DNA of 64,000 nt from Torpedo marmorata (taxonomy: Eukaryota): contig OZ360235.1 of assembly GCA_977017645.1 (NCBI GenBank), forward strand, positions 19,034,001-19,098,000. The letters are read 5' to 3'. Of this stretch, positions 50,671 through 64,000 are shown piece by piece. Numbering within the stretch: position 1 is the first letter of the stretch; each line of letters begins with the position of its first letter. The translations under genes and the position numbers were made by a program. The notes under the pieces were generated by a model. That model worked only from the letters and a program-made list of their open reading frames with translations, was not told the DNA's origin and did no database searches.

Positions 50671-52005
50671 TTTTAATTACACTTTTTTTCTCCCATTTAA
50701 AACGTTGAATTTTAATTCAAAAATGAATTGATTTTTTGTCCATCAACCAGTAATGTTCTAACAAAAACATGAGTGCCTTAATTTAAACATCAATTTTCCA
50801 GACAAAATGTGTGCTCATCACTGCGTTCCACATTCAAGATTTGAAAGATTGAGATGTATGAGCAGACAGCATTTGAAGCCAATTCTGTATCAGCATTGCG
50901 GAGTCATATTCATTAAAACGTTCGTTTGCTCATTAATTTATGATTTTCATTCTGCAAAATTCATCAATAAATCTGTCAGATCTGAACACGTTTGATGTTT
51001 TGGTTTGCATGAGCGGGGAATATATTTCCAACACTACTGAAGATATAAATGAGCAAGTTTAGCTACTGAAGTTATTAAATCCCATTTCCATGGCATAAAA
51101 ATCTATTAGCATTTTTTTTTGCTTCTGAAGGTACCGGTAGTTATCTTGTCAGTGGTGCTGACAAACAATGTTCAAATAATTCCTTTTGAGAAAGCATTTA
51201 AGACAGTGATGCATTAGTACGATGAGCAGGAAGTTGAATGTTTTCCTTTCTTAACTTTCCATATTGTAACATTTTAATAATGAAAATTTTAATAGACTAA
51301 ACTATTACAATATTTGCATTGATATACCATCCCATCAAAAATCAAGGTGCTTCATATTTAACAAGATACTTCCAAGTGCAGTGGTTGCTGTTAGATGCAA
51401 ACAACACATAGCACTTTTTCACGTCTCTGAAATATCACATACTGGAATTTTAAAAAAACCTGTATGCAGGGCCTTAACCTGAAATGCTAATTATCTCTTT
51501 CCCTCCACAAATGTTGCCTGACCTGCTGAGTTCCTCCAGCAGTTTTTTTTTTGCTCCTGATTCCAGCATCTGCATTCTCTTGTGCCTCCACGACTGAATT
51601 ACTTTGAAGTATAGTCTTCATTATGTAGAAATAATGGCCATCTGTTACATCTCTCAGGAATGTTTCAAAGTACTTCACAGAAAGTAAAGACCAACAATTA
51701 ATGACAAAATATAAAACTAAAATTACAACATTGAGGGTTCTGGCTCTACTAATCTAAAATCATCTGCAAGTTTTGACGTGTGCATTTCTCTTCCCAATTT
51801 AAGTAATTTATACAGAATGTCAAGCTAAGTCTTCGCTGCCAATTCTTGCAGGATACTAAATGCCATTGTCTAGGCTTGAGCTTCCTGTAACCAATCATTT
51901 AACTCCCACAATCATTCCTATCATGATTTGCTTGTCCTCAGCCTCATCTATTGGCAAGGTGAGGCCAAATATAACTTGAGGAAGTGCACATCATATTCCT
52001 CCTGG

Positions 52006-52220
52006 ACAATAGACAATAGACAATAGGAGCTGGAGTAGGCCCTTCGGCCCGTCGAGCCAGCACCGCCATTTTACAGATCATGGCTGATCACTACTATCAG
52101 TACCCCTTACCAGCCTTATCCCCATAACTCTTAACTCCTCTGCCCACTAGAGTCTTATCTAACTCTCTTTTGAACATAATCAGCGAATCTGCCTCTACCA
52201 CCCTCTGTGGCAGAGCATTC
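52006..52220 (-). mobile_element. CR1 3' tail
   Basis: (GACAATA)n tail. Similar to 31048-31262. Confidence 0.85.
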
Positions 52221-52244
52221 GAGCTTTAGGTAACCCCCACCCAC

Positions 52245-54368
52245 TTTGTGTGTGGTACGTCATGTTTAACCAATCTGATAGAGTTTTTTGAGGAGGTTAC
52301 CAGGAAAGTTGATGAAGGAAAGATTGTGGATGTTGTCTACATGGATTTTAGTAAGGCCTTTGACAAGGTCCCACATGGAAGGTTAGTCAGGAAGGTTCGG
52401 ACGCTCGGTATTCATGGTGAGGTAGTAAACTGGATTTGACATTGGCTATGCGGGAGAAAACAGAGAGTGGTGGTGGATGATTACTTCTCAGATTGGAGGC
52501 CTGTAACTAGTGGTATTGCCTCGGGGATCGGTGCTGGGGCCATTGTTGTTTGTCATTTATATCAATGATCTACATGATAATGTGGTAAATTGGACCAGCA
52601 AGTTTGCAGATGACACAAAGTTAGGAGGCGTTGTGGACAGCGAGAAAGGTTTTCAAAGCTTGCAGAGGGATCTGAGTGAAACACGAAAGTCTGCAGACGC
52701 TGTGATTGTAATAAAAACACACCGAAATGCTGGAGGAACTCAGCCAGTCTTTTCAGCGTCTATAGGAGACAAAGATATATTGCCGACGTTTCGGGCCTGA
52801 GCCTTTACACAAGGAATAAGCAGAATAAGCCAGAAGCAGGAAATATCAAAGTCTCAGAATTCAAACAATGGCGGAGGAATCCAGACCAACAAAAGGTGTT
52901 AATTGGATATGATAAGGGAAGAGGTAAGAACTTATCATGTTTGTGTGAAAGGAGACGGGAATGGAGAGACAGAGATAGGGAAAGGCAACGGGGTAAGAAG
53001 GGAGTGGGGGGCATTTTAACGAAAGCCATAGAAGTTGATATTAATGCCATCCGGTTGGAGGGTTCCCAGTCAGATATTCCCCTCTAGACACATATTCCCC
53101 GCTCCTCCACTTGCGCCCACACCTCTGAGACCACCCATACATTGGAGGAACAACACCTCATCTTCCGACTGGGCACCCTCCAACCGGATGGCATTAATAT
53201 CGACTTCTCTGGCTTTCTTTAAACTGCACCCTTCCTTCTTCCCCAGTCACCTTTCCCTATCTCTGTCTCTCCATTGCCGTCTCCTTTTGCACAAATATGA
53301 TAAATTCTTACCTTGTTCCTTAACATATCCAATTAACACCTTTTGTTGGTCTGGATTCCTCCCCCATTGTTTGAATTCTGAGACTTTCTGAGATTTCCTG
53401 CTTCTGCCTTATTCTGCTTATTCTTTGAGGAAGGGCTCAGGCCCAAAACATCAGCAATATATATTTGTCTCCTATAATGCTGAAAAGACTACTGAGTTCC
53501 TCCAGCATTTCAGTGTGTTTTTATTGCAGAGGGATCTGGACCAGCTGTAAAAATGGGCTGAAAAATGGCAGATGGAATTTAATGCAGACAAGTGTGAGGT
53601 GTTACATTTTGGAAGGACAAACCAAGAAAGGACATACACGGTAAATGGTAGGGAACTGAGGAGTGCGGTAGAACAGAGGGATCTGGGAATACAGAAACAT
53701 AGTTCCCTGAAAATGGCATCACAGGTAGATAGAGTTATAAAGAGTGCTTTTGGCATATTGGCCTTCATAAATCAAAGTATTGAGTATAGGAGTTGGGATG
53801 TTATGGTAAAAATGTGTAAGACATTGGTAAGGCCAAATTTGGAGTATTGTGTGCAGTTTTGGTTACCTAATTACAGGAAAGATATCAATAAGATTGAAAG
53901 AGTGCAGAGAAGATTTGCTAGGATGTTGCCCAGACTTCAGGAACTGAGTTACAGGGAAAAGTTAAAGAGGTTAGGACTTTTTTCCCTGGAGCGTAGAAGA
54001 ATGAGAGGAGATATGATAGAGTTTTTAAAATAATGACGAGTATAGATAGAGTAATTTTCCACTGAGGATAGGTGAGATACAAACCAGAGGACATGGTTTA
54101 AGAGTGAAAGGGGAAAAGTTTAGGGTAAACATTAGGGGGAACTTCTTCACACAGAGAATAGTGGGAGTGTGGAACAAGTTGCTGGCTGAAGTGGTGAATG
54201 CGGGCTCAATTTTTTCATTTAAGAAGAATGTGGTCAGGTGCATGGATGGGAGGGGTATGGAAAACTATGGACTGGGTGTAGGTCAGTGGAACTGAAAAAT
54301 AGCTCAGCACAGACTAGAAGGGCTGAAGGGCCTGGTTCTGTGCTGTAACGTTCTATGGTTCTATGGTT
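52245..54368 (+). mobile_element. CR1 LINE RT-3' fragment, interrupted by a Penelope foldback
   Basis: SCLTNLIEFFEEVT, MDFSKAFDKVPH, GSVLGPLLF, KFADD and LEYCVQFW motifs. (TTCTATGG)n tail. Confidence 0.92.
52675..53523. mobile_element. Penelope-like foldback insertion (two inverted 3' halves)
   Basis: Inverted arms at about 52710-53072 and 53165-53523. 15-bp TSD TTGCAGAGGGATCTG at 52660-52674 and 53524-53538. Confidence 0.82.
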
Positions 54369-54767
54369 CACTTCTGATTCCATTGTTTCCATCTCTTCTT
54401 TACCTTGTCTTGTAATTTTTTCCTTCTTTGTGTTTTCTTCTCTAACTTTTCTTCCTCCCTCCTTCCTTGTGGTCTCTCCCTCTACTTGTCTATCAACCTC
54501 TCACATCTTCTGTGGTATGCCCCATCTCCCCAGCATCCTCCCCTGTGTTCTTTCCCCCTTCACATACGAAATATCACCCCCTTTTTCACTTTAATCTCGA
54601 TAAAGGGTTCAGACCCAAAACATTGACTGACCATTTGTACGCAGCAGTGTTGTCTGACTTGCTGAGTTCCTCCAACAATCCTTTGTTGGAACCAAACTGT
54701 CACTGTTCTATATATCCCTACGTCCATGCCAGGTATGTAATAAAAAGTGGCTAATTAAGTAGCACTA

Positions 54768-55194
54768 TGTTGATTTAAATCTAGAGAGATGGCATGCAGA
54801 GTTACGGTCATGTATACCATTAGAAAAAATTACTTATAATTTACGAAATAAATATCATTCTTTTTTGAAAATTTGGGGCCCATATATGAGGATTATGGGT
54901 TTAACATTGTAAATTCTCTGGATATCAGATCCGCTGGCGAAATAACCTCTAAGGTATATTAGTTTTTAAGTTTATTGACTCCTCACTCTATTTTTCTATC
55001 TTTTCTTTTTCTTTTTCTTCTTTTTATTATTTTACTTTAAAATTTAGAATAGGGGGATATAGGGGCTAGGGAGGGGAGGGTGGGAAGGGGGGGAGAAAAT
55101 GTAATCACATGTATTTTTTAAGAATTATATGCAAAATTATTTTATGTAATCTGTGATTTAAAAATTTAAATAAAATATTTAAAAAAAAAAAAAA
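54768..55194 (+). mobile_element. L1-clade LINE 3' fragment with poly-A
   Basis: Matches the 3' end of the L1 at 56877-57400. 15-bp TSD AATTAAGTAGCACTA. Confidence 0.88.
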
Positions 55195-56876
55195 AATTAA
55201 GTAGCACTAAACAAATAATTTAATCACAACAAAATATTGTACTCCGCTGAAGTGAATTCAAGAGGCACATGCAATGTGCTGATATTGCTATATTAATGTA
55301 CGGGTTCTGAAACTTTTTTGAAATCAGAGAGAATGGCCGACTGCCTTCACACTGCAGCCCGGGAAGTAAAGAATTTGCTACAGAGAATACATATGCTCAT
55401 CCACCCTCCCTGAATTCACCATTCCAACTATGGGCATTCCATAATGACCTAAGCTGATGGACCATTCACATCTCAGATCACTTCTCATTCTATTAAACGT
55501 AAGATAAACTTGAGAGGTGCATGTACATACATTTAACGGCATGTCATTAACCTTCCACTGACAGCATGCCCGTTTGTTTATCTTGGTGGCGTGTATTACA
55601 TCAGATTATAGTATGATAACTTGTACTTTTATTTAATCAAAGTGTAAGAAATCTCCATTGTAAGTGACTATGTTTAGTTCTGTATGAAATGCAAACAAAA
55701 TAATGAAATGCAACATAGTTACAGAAGAATCAACAAATATTGAACAATTATCAAAAATTTTACAATACACCTGTACTATAAGCAAAGTTTAGCAACCCGA
55801 CTGCAGGTATCTGGGGAAGTATCCTATGACCTTCTAAATCATCTTAAATCAGGCAGAAATTTGCCCATTATCATGGTGAACTCAGAAAATATAAACTGAT
55901 TTAATAAACCAAGATGGATTTAACCAGGTTAGCAGGGATTAAACCTACAGATTGCAGTTGGTTGCACTTGCAGAACTGATCAAGATTGCTTGTGGCATTA
56001 CTAACAGGCAGGCACTCCTGTGAGTTGCAACTGTAAAACTGATAGCATTCCTTTCCCTGTCTGCTGCTCAAAGCTGTGTACAAGAAAAAGAATGCATACT
56101 CAAATTGATTTGGGTGCTTTTTGAACCAAAGAAGCCTATGATTATCTAATTTTATGGGATTTGCTTTCAGTTACTGCATTGTGCTACACCTCTAATTTGA
56201 TTAGCTGCCTCCTAAAAATGGAAAGTGATCATTAATTTAAACTGAAAGTAACAATATCAGGGAAATAATAGGGGTTAGTTATGCTTATGAATGTAATTAA
56301 AAGACTAAATAAATACTTTAATGTTCAGGATACTCAGTAAAGATAATGGTGTTTTGATTGCAATACACTGACTGTATCAACAGTGCAAGATCCTAATAGA
56401 TTTTTGCATCTCAAAATTGCAATGCACAGACTAATAATGTACATTACTATTTGCTGTGAAAGGGAAACTAAAATACAGTGAAAACCCTGGTATCCGGCAC
56501 CTATGGGGATTGGTAGATGCCAGATGTGTATTTTTTCGGTTGCTTGAGACTTACTCTTACAATACATCTGCATTCAAAATAAACAGTTTAAAAGACAAAA
56601 ATACCATTCTGTACTTATACTGATCAAACTTTACTTGCATGAATATATAAACTTTAAAGCATTTTACTTTATTTTCAGTCACATTCTTTGAAAACATTTA
56701 ACCATCGCCGCATCTACAGGTTCCTCCCCCTCCACGGAGCCGCCTGAAATACGAACAATAACATTATAGATAACTAACCCCCTCCCCCGTTTACAGATAA
56801 AGCCTCTGACCGGGGTGACTCTTACCATTGCTCTTCCATCCTGGGCAACGCCATTGCTGTTTCACACAACTTTATT

Positions 56877-59800
56877 TTATTTTTTTTTAATATTTTATTT
56901 AAAATTTTAAATCACTCGATAATACATATTATAAAATGCAAAATTATCAAAATACATGTGATATATTTCACCCCCCCTCCCTCCCTAACCCTCCCACCCT
57001 TNNNNNNNNNNNNNNNNNNNNNNNNNNNNNNNNNNNNNNNNNNNNNNNNNNNNNNNNNNNNNNNNNNNNNNNNNNNNNNNNNNNNNNNNNNNNNNNNNNN
57101 NNNNNNNNNNNNNNNNNNNNNNNNNNNNNNNNNNNNNNNNNNNNNNNNNNNNNNNNNNNNNNNNNNNNNNNNNNNNAATCTAAAAAGAGCACGTATAAGC
57201 TAATTTTATTGTGGAACACAGGTTCGCCAGTCAGATCTGATATCCAGAGATCTTCAAATCCTTAAACCCACAGTTTTTATATATGGGCTCCATATTTTCA
57301 AAAATAAATGATATTTGTTACGTAAATTATGTAATTTTTTTCAAGTGGTATAGCTGAACGAAGATCTGCATGCCATCTCTCTAACCCTAAATCTACATCA
57401 GACTTCCATGTAATAGCAATGCATTTCTTTGAAACAGCTAAAGCAATTCGCAAAAATTCTATTTGATACATATTTAATCTAATTTTACTACTAATTCTTT
57501 TAATATCTCCAAACAAAAATATCATAGGATCCATTGGGAGTGTAATTCTTAATACTTTGTCTAAAAGCTTTTTAACTTCCAACCAAAAATCATATATTTT
57601 TGGGCAAAGCCATGTAGAGTGTACAAAAGAACCTTCCTCTCTATTACATCTGAAACATAAACCTGATAATGTCGGATTAAATTTCTTTAATTTTTTAGGT
57701 GTTAAATATAATTGATGCAAAAAGTTATATTGCACCAATCTATATCTAACGTTAATAATCTTCGTCATACTTTGTTTACATATTTCTTTCCAATTTTCCT
57801 CATCTATTATTATGTTCAGATCTGATTCCCATGTTAATCTTGATTTATGAATTCCTAATTTAGGCATTTTCTCTGTAACAATCTATACATTTGAGAAATA
57901 AATTTATTTACACCCCCATTAGTAACTAATAATTCCAATTCACTTTGTCTTGGTAAAATTAAACTATAACCCAACCTTTCAACTAAAAATGCTCTAATTT
58001 GATAATAAGCAAAAAGTGTATTATTTAATACATTAAACTTCTCTTTCATTCTTTGAAAAGTAATAAATTTACTAGCTTCAAAACAATCATTTATTTTTTA
58101 AATTCCTTTTTAAAACCAAATTTTAAATAATTGATTGTCAATAGTAAATGGAATACGTTTATTTTGGTATAAAGGCATTCTTCGAGAAATTAACCATTTC
58201 CCTCCTATCTCCCTATCAATTTTATTCCATATTTCTAACAAATGTTTTAAAATAGGAGAATTATTACCTTTCCTTAGTAATAAATTAGAATTCCATTTAT
58301 AAATAACTTCTTCTTTCAAATCCTCTCCTATATTATTTAATTCTATTCTAATCCAAGCTGAAGATTTTTCTAAATCAAACATTTCATTAATAAATTTTAA
58401 TTGAGCTGCTTTATAATAATTTTGAAAATTGGGAAGTTGCAAACCTCCCATTTTGTAATCCCAAGTTAATTTCTCCATAGCTACTCTAGCCAATTTTCCT
58501 TTCCACAAAAATTTCCTAATAATTAAATTTAAATCTTTGAAGAATTTTTGAGGAATTTCATAAGGAATTGATTGAAAAAGATATTGAATTCTTGGAAAAA
58601 CATTCATTTTAATACAATTTACCCTTCCTACTAAAGTTATAGGTAAATCATTCCAACTTTCTAAATCTTTTTTAATATTCATAAATAATGGTAAATAATT
58701 TAATTTATATACAGTAAATTAACTAATTTTGTATCTGTTTTTATTCCCAAATATTTAATTCCATCATTTGACCATTTAAATCGTGTAATTTCTTTACATT
58801 TATTATAATCTCCTTGTGTCAATGCCATAATTTTACTTTTATCAGAATTAATCTTATAACCAGATATTTCCCCATATTCTCTCAGTAAAACAGTCAATTG
58901 CGTTAAAGAAGTAATAGGTTTTGTCATGTAAATCAATACATCATCTGCAAATAAACTAATTTTATGCTCTTCTTTTCCAACTTTAATACCTACAATCTTA
59001 ATATCTTGTCTAATTAATTCTGCTAAAGGTTCTATTGCTAAAATAAACAATGCTGGCGACAAAGGGCATCCTTGTCTAGTTGACCTAGTCAACAAAAATT
59101 TTGAAGAAATTTGTCCATTTGTCATCACTCTGGCAGAGGGTTCTTTATATATAGTTTTAATCCAATTAATAAATGTAGTTCCAAAACCAAATTTTTCCAG
59201 TACTTTAAATAAATAATTCCACTCTAATCTATCAAAAGCTTTTTCGGCATCTAATGTTAATACTAGTGCTAATTCCTCTTTCTTTTGTGCCACATTTATT
59301 AAACTAATTAATCTGGCAATATTATCTTTTGAATATCTATTCTTAATAAAACCTGCTTGATCTACATGAATTAAATCTGGTAAATATTTAGCCACTCTAT
59401 TTGCTAAAATTTTCACCATTATCTTATAATCAACATTTAACAATGAAATTGGTCTATATGATTCTGTTTTCAACAAATCTCTATCTTTTTTAGGTATAAC
59501 TGTTATTATTGCATTTGAAAATGTTTCCGGTAGAGAATGAGTTTCCATTATTTGTTTTACTCCTCCATATATGGAGGTATCAATAAATCCTTAAATTCCT
59601 TATAAAATTCTGGTGGGAAACCATCCTCCCCCGGAGATTTTCCACTTGTTAAAGAGCTAAGAACATCATTAACTTCTCTCATCGTAAATGATGTATCTAA
59701 AAGTTCTTTACTTTGAATATTTAAACTAGGTAACTTAATTTTAGATAAAAATTCATTAATTTTAGAATCATTTTTATCAATTTGAGATTTAGATAAATTT

Positions 59801-60990
59801 AGATAAAATTCCTTAAAAGAATCATTTATTTCTCGAGGTTTATATGTTATTTTCTTTGGATTCTTTTTTATGGCACTTATAGTTCTAAAGTTTGTTCTTT
59901 CTTTAATTGCCACGCTAACACTTTATGAGCTCTTTCTCCCAATTTGTAATATCTTTGCTTAGTTCTTTCAATTAATTTTTCCATTTTATATGTTTGTATC
60001 GTATTATAATATAATTTTTTTTCAATTAAATGTTTTCTCTTTTCTTCTGATCTCTTTTTTTTTGCAAATCCTTCTCCAAAAACTCAATCTCCTTCTCCAA
60101 ATTATCCAATTCCTGAATATATTCCTTCTTAACTTTTGCTGAATAACTTATTATTTGACCTCTTAAATAAGCCTTCAGAGCTTCCCAAATAATAAATTTA
60201 TTGTCAATCGAATTAGAATTAATCTGTAAAAATTCTTGAATTTCTCTTCTTATATAATTACAAAAAATCCATTCTTTTCAATAAAGAAGAATTAAATCTC
60301 CATCTATATATAATTTTATCTTTTTCTGGAATTATACATGACATTAATAAAGGCGAATGATCAGAAATTATTTTTGCTTTATATTGCGCTTGAGTCACCC
60401 TATCTTCTAATTGTGATGACAATAAAAGCATGTCTATTCTAGAATAAGAATCATGTCTAAAAGAATAAAAGGAATAATCTTTTTCTTTTGGATTCAACTT
60501 CCTCCAAATATCTATTAAATTCAAATCTTTCATCAAAGTAAGAATTCTTTTAGCAGTTTTAGTTCTGATAGTTGATTTTGATGTTTTATCCATTATTGGA
60601 TCTAAACAACAATTGAAATCCCCACCAATTAAAATATTATCATTTGCTTCTGACAAGTGCATAAACGAGTCTTGGATAAATTGTTCATCTTCCGTATTTG
60701 GCACATATATGTTCATAAGTGTCCACATTTCTGAATATATCTGACAATTTATTAAAACATATCTTCCTGCCACATCTATAACCACAGATTGTATTTTAAA
60801 AGGTAACTTTTTATTAATTAATATAGCAACTCATTTTGCTTTAGAATTAAATGAAAACGCTACCACTTGACCAATCCATTCTCTTTTCAACTTCTAATGT
60901 TCTATTTCTGTCAAATGTGTCTCTTGTAAAAAAGCTATATCAACTTTTAACTTTTTAATATATGCCAAAGTTTTCTTCCTTTTAATCGGA
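56877..60990 (-). mobile_element. L1-clade LINE, nearly complete decayed ORF2 (APE endonuclease, RT, CCHC)
   Basis: GGDFN, YSRID and SDH (endonuclease). KSPGEDG, YRPISLLN, LDAEKAFD, RQGCPLSP and FADD (RT). CFRC..H...C. Poly-A and 17-bp TSD TTTCACACAACTTTATT. Confidence 0.93.
57002..57176. other. Assembly gap (175 N)
   Basis: Run of N within the L1 3' UTR. Confidence 1.
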
Positions 60991-61905
60991 TTTCACACAA
61001 CTTTATTCAAACAGCTGCTATGAGCAAAGCACAACCAAGGCACTCCGCTGGCTGAATATTTTCTCACATCTTCACCAAAGGTTTATGAGTTTCTTCGGAG
61101 AACATTTACTTTTACAATTTTAAACTTACATATTTTTATCCTTTTATTTTATTCTTATTTATTTTAACTTTTAAAATTTATTTTCTTTGATTTTTTTTTT
61201 TTGCCGGTTGCTTGAGGTTGCTTGAATTCCAGATACCAGGGGTTTTACTGTAAATGAATAGCTCTTTCACACAACTGACCCAAATATAATGGGACAAATG
61301 GCGTCTATCTGTCCTTCTAAATAAATATCATGCACAATTGATAGTTATCATATTTATTTATTAATGGTATTTGAATGTGTTTTCTTATCTGAATCGTTAT
61401 AGGTGTCTGCAAATTGTACTTGTACATAACTGCGAATGGCAAGACTTAGAAGTTCTAGTTTATAAAAATACCAAGAACCTGTGCGTTATTCAATTTGCAA
61501 TTCAGAGATTATAAAGCTACTAAATATTTAAAAAGAGTGAATCTTCAACATTGCCCAGGTCTTGTGGACACATGCTGCTTCATTAAGTTAAGAAATGAGA
61601 ATAGGACTGAAGATCTGCTGTTAAAAAGAGAAGCTGAAGATATTCAGCAACTAGGAAAACATCTGTAGAAAAGGAAGCAATTAATGATTTGGGTTCTTAC
61701 AGGAGACAGCAGATGCTGGAATCTGAAGCTAAATACACTGGAGAAACTCTGCGCTTGAGCAGCATCAGTGGGAGACAAAGATGGGTTGACATTTTCGGTA
61801 TTTTGGGTTGATTTCCTTTCTTCAAAACTTTTGGATGTCCCATGGAGTTTTGTGTGCAGATAAAGTTTCAGGTTGGATGCCCAGACTTTCACTAAACCTC
61901 TAGAC

Positions 61906-62119
61906 CATCCATTCTCAAGATTTTTTGGGCTATGGCCCCCTTAGGACTCTGCTCAAAGTTTATGGGCCCCCTTCCCTGTGAAGCAGTCAAGTTTTGGTTT
62001 CTTCCGTACTTCTCTCCTACCGACTGCATAAAAAAAATAACAAATATTTATGTTTCGTGAGGTGAAAAGAAAACAAGGCTTTTACTTAAATGTGCTGTGG
62101 CCCTCGTTGAGAATGGCTG
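61906..62119. mobile_element. hAT MITE
   Basis: TIRs CATCCATTCTCAA/TTGAGAATGGCTG. Perfect 8-bp TSD CTCTAGAC. Confidence 0.88.
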
Positions 62120-62446
62120 CTCTAGACAATACAAGAGTGCCAATTAAGTTGTTTATTTCTTGCTTATTAAGCTAGTCTGATATTGCAAAGGAAGAGGAGA
62201 TAATCATGATTAGCTGAGATAGTTAGTGAGATTGGGGGCTGATTCATTCCTCTATTTTTCTCCTTCTGGCTTCAATTTTAACACATATTCTTATCTAACG
62301 GGCATCCAAACATGACTAAATTTAATGGGACAGTGGGCATGAAACAAATTTCAGTGCATATCGTTTATTTTGGAGTATCCTAAATGCGTCTACTAATGAA
62401 TGGGAAGTTTTAGAAGACTTCGTTTACCTTACTCATTATTACTCAT

Positions 62447-62713
62447 GGGGCGGCACGGTTAGCGTAGCGGTTAGCACAAGGCTGTTACAGCGCCAGTGAC
62501 TGGGGTTCGAATCTCGCGCTGTCTGTAAGGAGTTTGTACATTCTCCCCGTGTCTGCGTGGGTTTCCTCCGGGTGCTCCAGTTTCCTCCCACTGTTCAAAA
62601 CGTACCAGGGTTGTAGATTAATTGAGTGTAATTGGGTGGCACAGGCTCGTGGGCCGGAAGGGCTGGTTACCGTGCTGTACATCTGTATGTCTAAATTTTA
62701 AAAAAATTAAAAA
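62447..62713 (+). mobile_element. tRNA-derived V-SINE (HE1-like)
   Basis: A box TAGCGTAGCGG, B box GGTTCGAATC and V-domain. Confidence 0.87.
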
Positions 62714-63642
62714 GCAGTCAATAACATCAGCAAATAATTATATCATAATCCACTGATGAGTATTGAGCTTGTGATACAAACCCTTACCTTACTGCATTGT
62801 CCTCTTGCCTGATCCTACATCTACTTCACTGCTTCAATGATAAATTCTGTGCAATATACTCTTGGGAAGAATTCTGGGACATTTGTGTCAATAATATTCT
62901 ATAAGAAATAAAAATTGTTGTTGTTCGGTTCAAATTGAATATGTATTTAAATATGGTTCACATAAGAGAAGCTTGGATAATCACAACAATTTCCAGTTCA
63001 TGTATACTCAAAACAAAATATACATAAAAACAAATGAAATTCCAATCTCACTCAGACTGGCTACTCATATGGAAAATTAAAAAGGGCTCTCTATGAATCT
63101 AGAATTGAAGATAAGTATGTTGATGAAATAGAGCAAAATGATTTTAAAGTAATGAACTCTCCAATTCTAGGAAATTATCTACTTAACAAGTCTGAACAGC
63201 TGAACTATAAACAACCTCCACTTGATGCTGGGGTCCAAACAAATCAGTTACTATTCAGATGAGCTCCAGAGCTAATTGTCATTGTTAATTGATGCCATCA
63301 AATTCCAACATTTTCCTGTGTATATAGTGTATTTCCTTGCTTCAGAGTTACTCAGTTGAAGTTTTCAATTAATTACTTAAACCAGAAGGCACAAAATTTC
63401 CAATATGAAAACATTGCGCGTTATTTTAGGAAGCTTTTCATTTCCAATTCAAAGTTACAAGCTTCGATGCTACTGCACCACGTTGGTTAATGAACACTAG
63501 TTTACCGATTTATTCAGTCACACATAACATAATCTTAAATTCAAGATAAATGAGCAAAGACTGAACAAGATTGAAATATCATTGGCAACCATGACTACAC
63601 GGTCTTTAGAACTATTGGAACATAAGCTAAACCTTTGATTTA

Positions 63643-64000
63643 CAGGTAGTCCTCGACTTACAACCTACGCAAGTTACGTCCACCCGCACATATGACCGAA
63701 TTTTTTTTGTATTATAAGTACTGTATATATGTTGAGATTCTTTATTGCAGTATTTACTTGAAGTTCATATGTTGAGTATCTTTATTAAAGGTACTGTACT
63801 CTACAGTACATATGTTGAGATTCTTCATTAAAGGTTCATTTGTTGAAAATGTTTTTGAAAAATTGCTTTAAGACCTCGTTAAGACTAATCCCGGAGAAGG
63901 AAAAAACTGTATATAATTGGAGATTTGACTCTTCTTTATTGAAAAGAAAGGATTTTTGTGAATATATGAGAAGAGAAATCTAGGAGTTTTTAAGAACAAA
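63643..64000. mobile_element. Left end of Tigger/pogo-like DNA transposon (probably runs out of the window)
   Basis: TA followed by CAGGTAGTCCTCGACTTAC, a Tigger-type terminus. No partner TIR is visible. Confidence 0.55.

Larger units (their letters stand above)
56476..61250. mobile_element. TcMar-Tigger/pogo-like MITE split by an L1 insertion
   Basis: TIRs CAGTGAAAACCCTGGTATCCGG/CCAGATACCAGGGGTTTTACTG, with TA on both sides. Confidence 0.8.

Noticed and set aside
55901-56083. Cys-rich minus-strand ORF after a pyrimidine-rich AG acceptor
   Set aside because: No recognisable domain, weak donor and no partner exons. RNA-seq would be needed.

Overview
Eukaryotic, repeat-dominated intergenic or intronic DNA. 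The V-SINE/HE1-type SINEs, abundant CR1, Rex1/Babar and Penelope elements point to a cartilaginous fish (inference). I found no host protein-coding exon I can support. Positions 335-11299 hold a complete but decayed minus-strand Gypsy LTR element. Its integrase zinc-finger region is interrupted by a second complete LTR element (1708-8269) of the Gmr1 type (integrase before RT, tRNA-Pro PBS, GAGG target-site duplication, TSD). The outer element has no tRNA PBS. A 14-nt sequence at the PBS position is instead perfectly complementary to its own LTR, which suggests self-primed reverse transcription. The rest is a mosaic of nested CR1, Rex1/Babar and L1-clade LINEs, Penelope fragments with hammerhead-ribozyme-like motifs and foldbacks, tRNA-derived SINEs, and hAT and TcMar MITEs (one apparently compound). 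It also has two 5S-rRNA-derived SINEs that share a Rex1-type 3' tail with a recurrent GC-rich non-coding element. There is a 175-nt assembly gap at 57002-57176. Coordinates and identities were read by eye.
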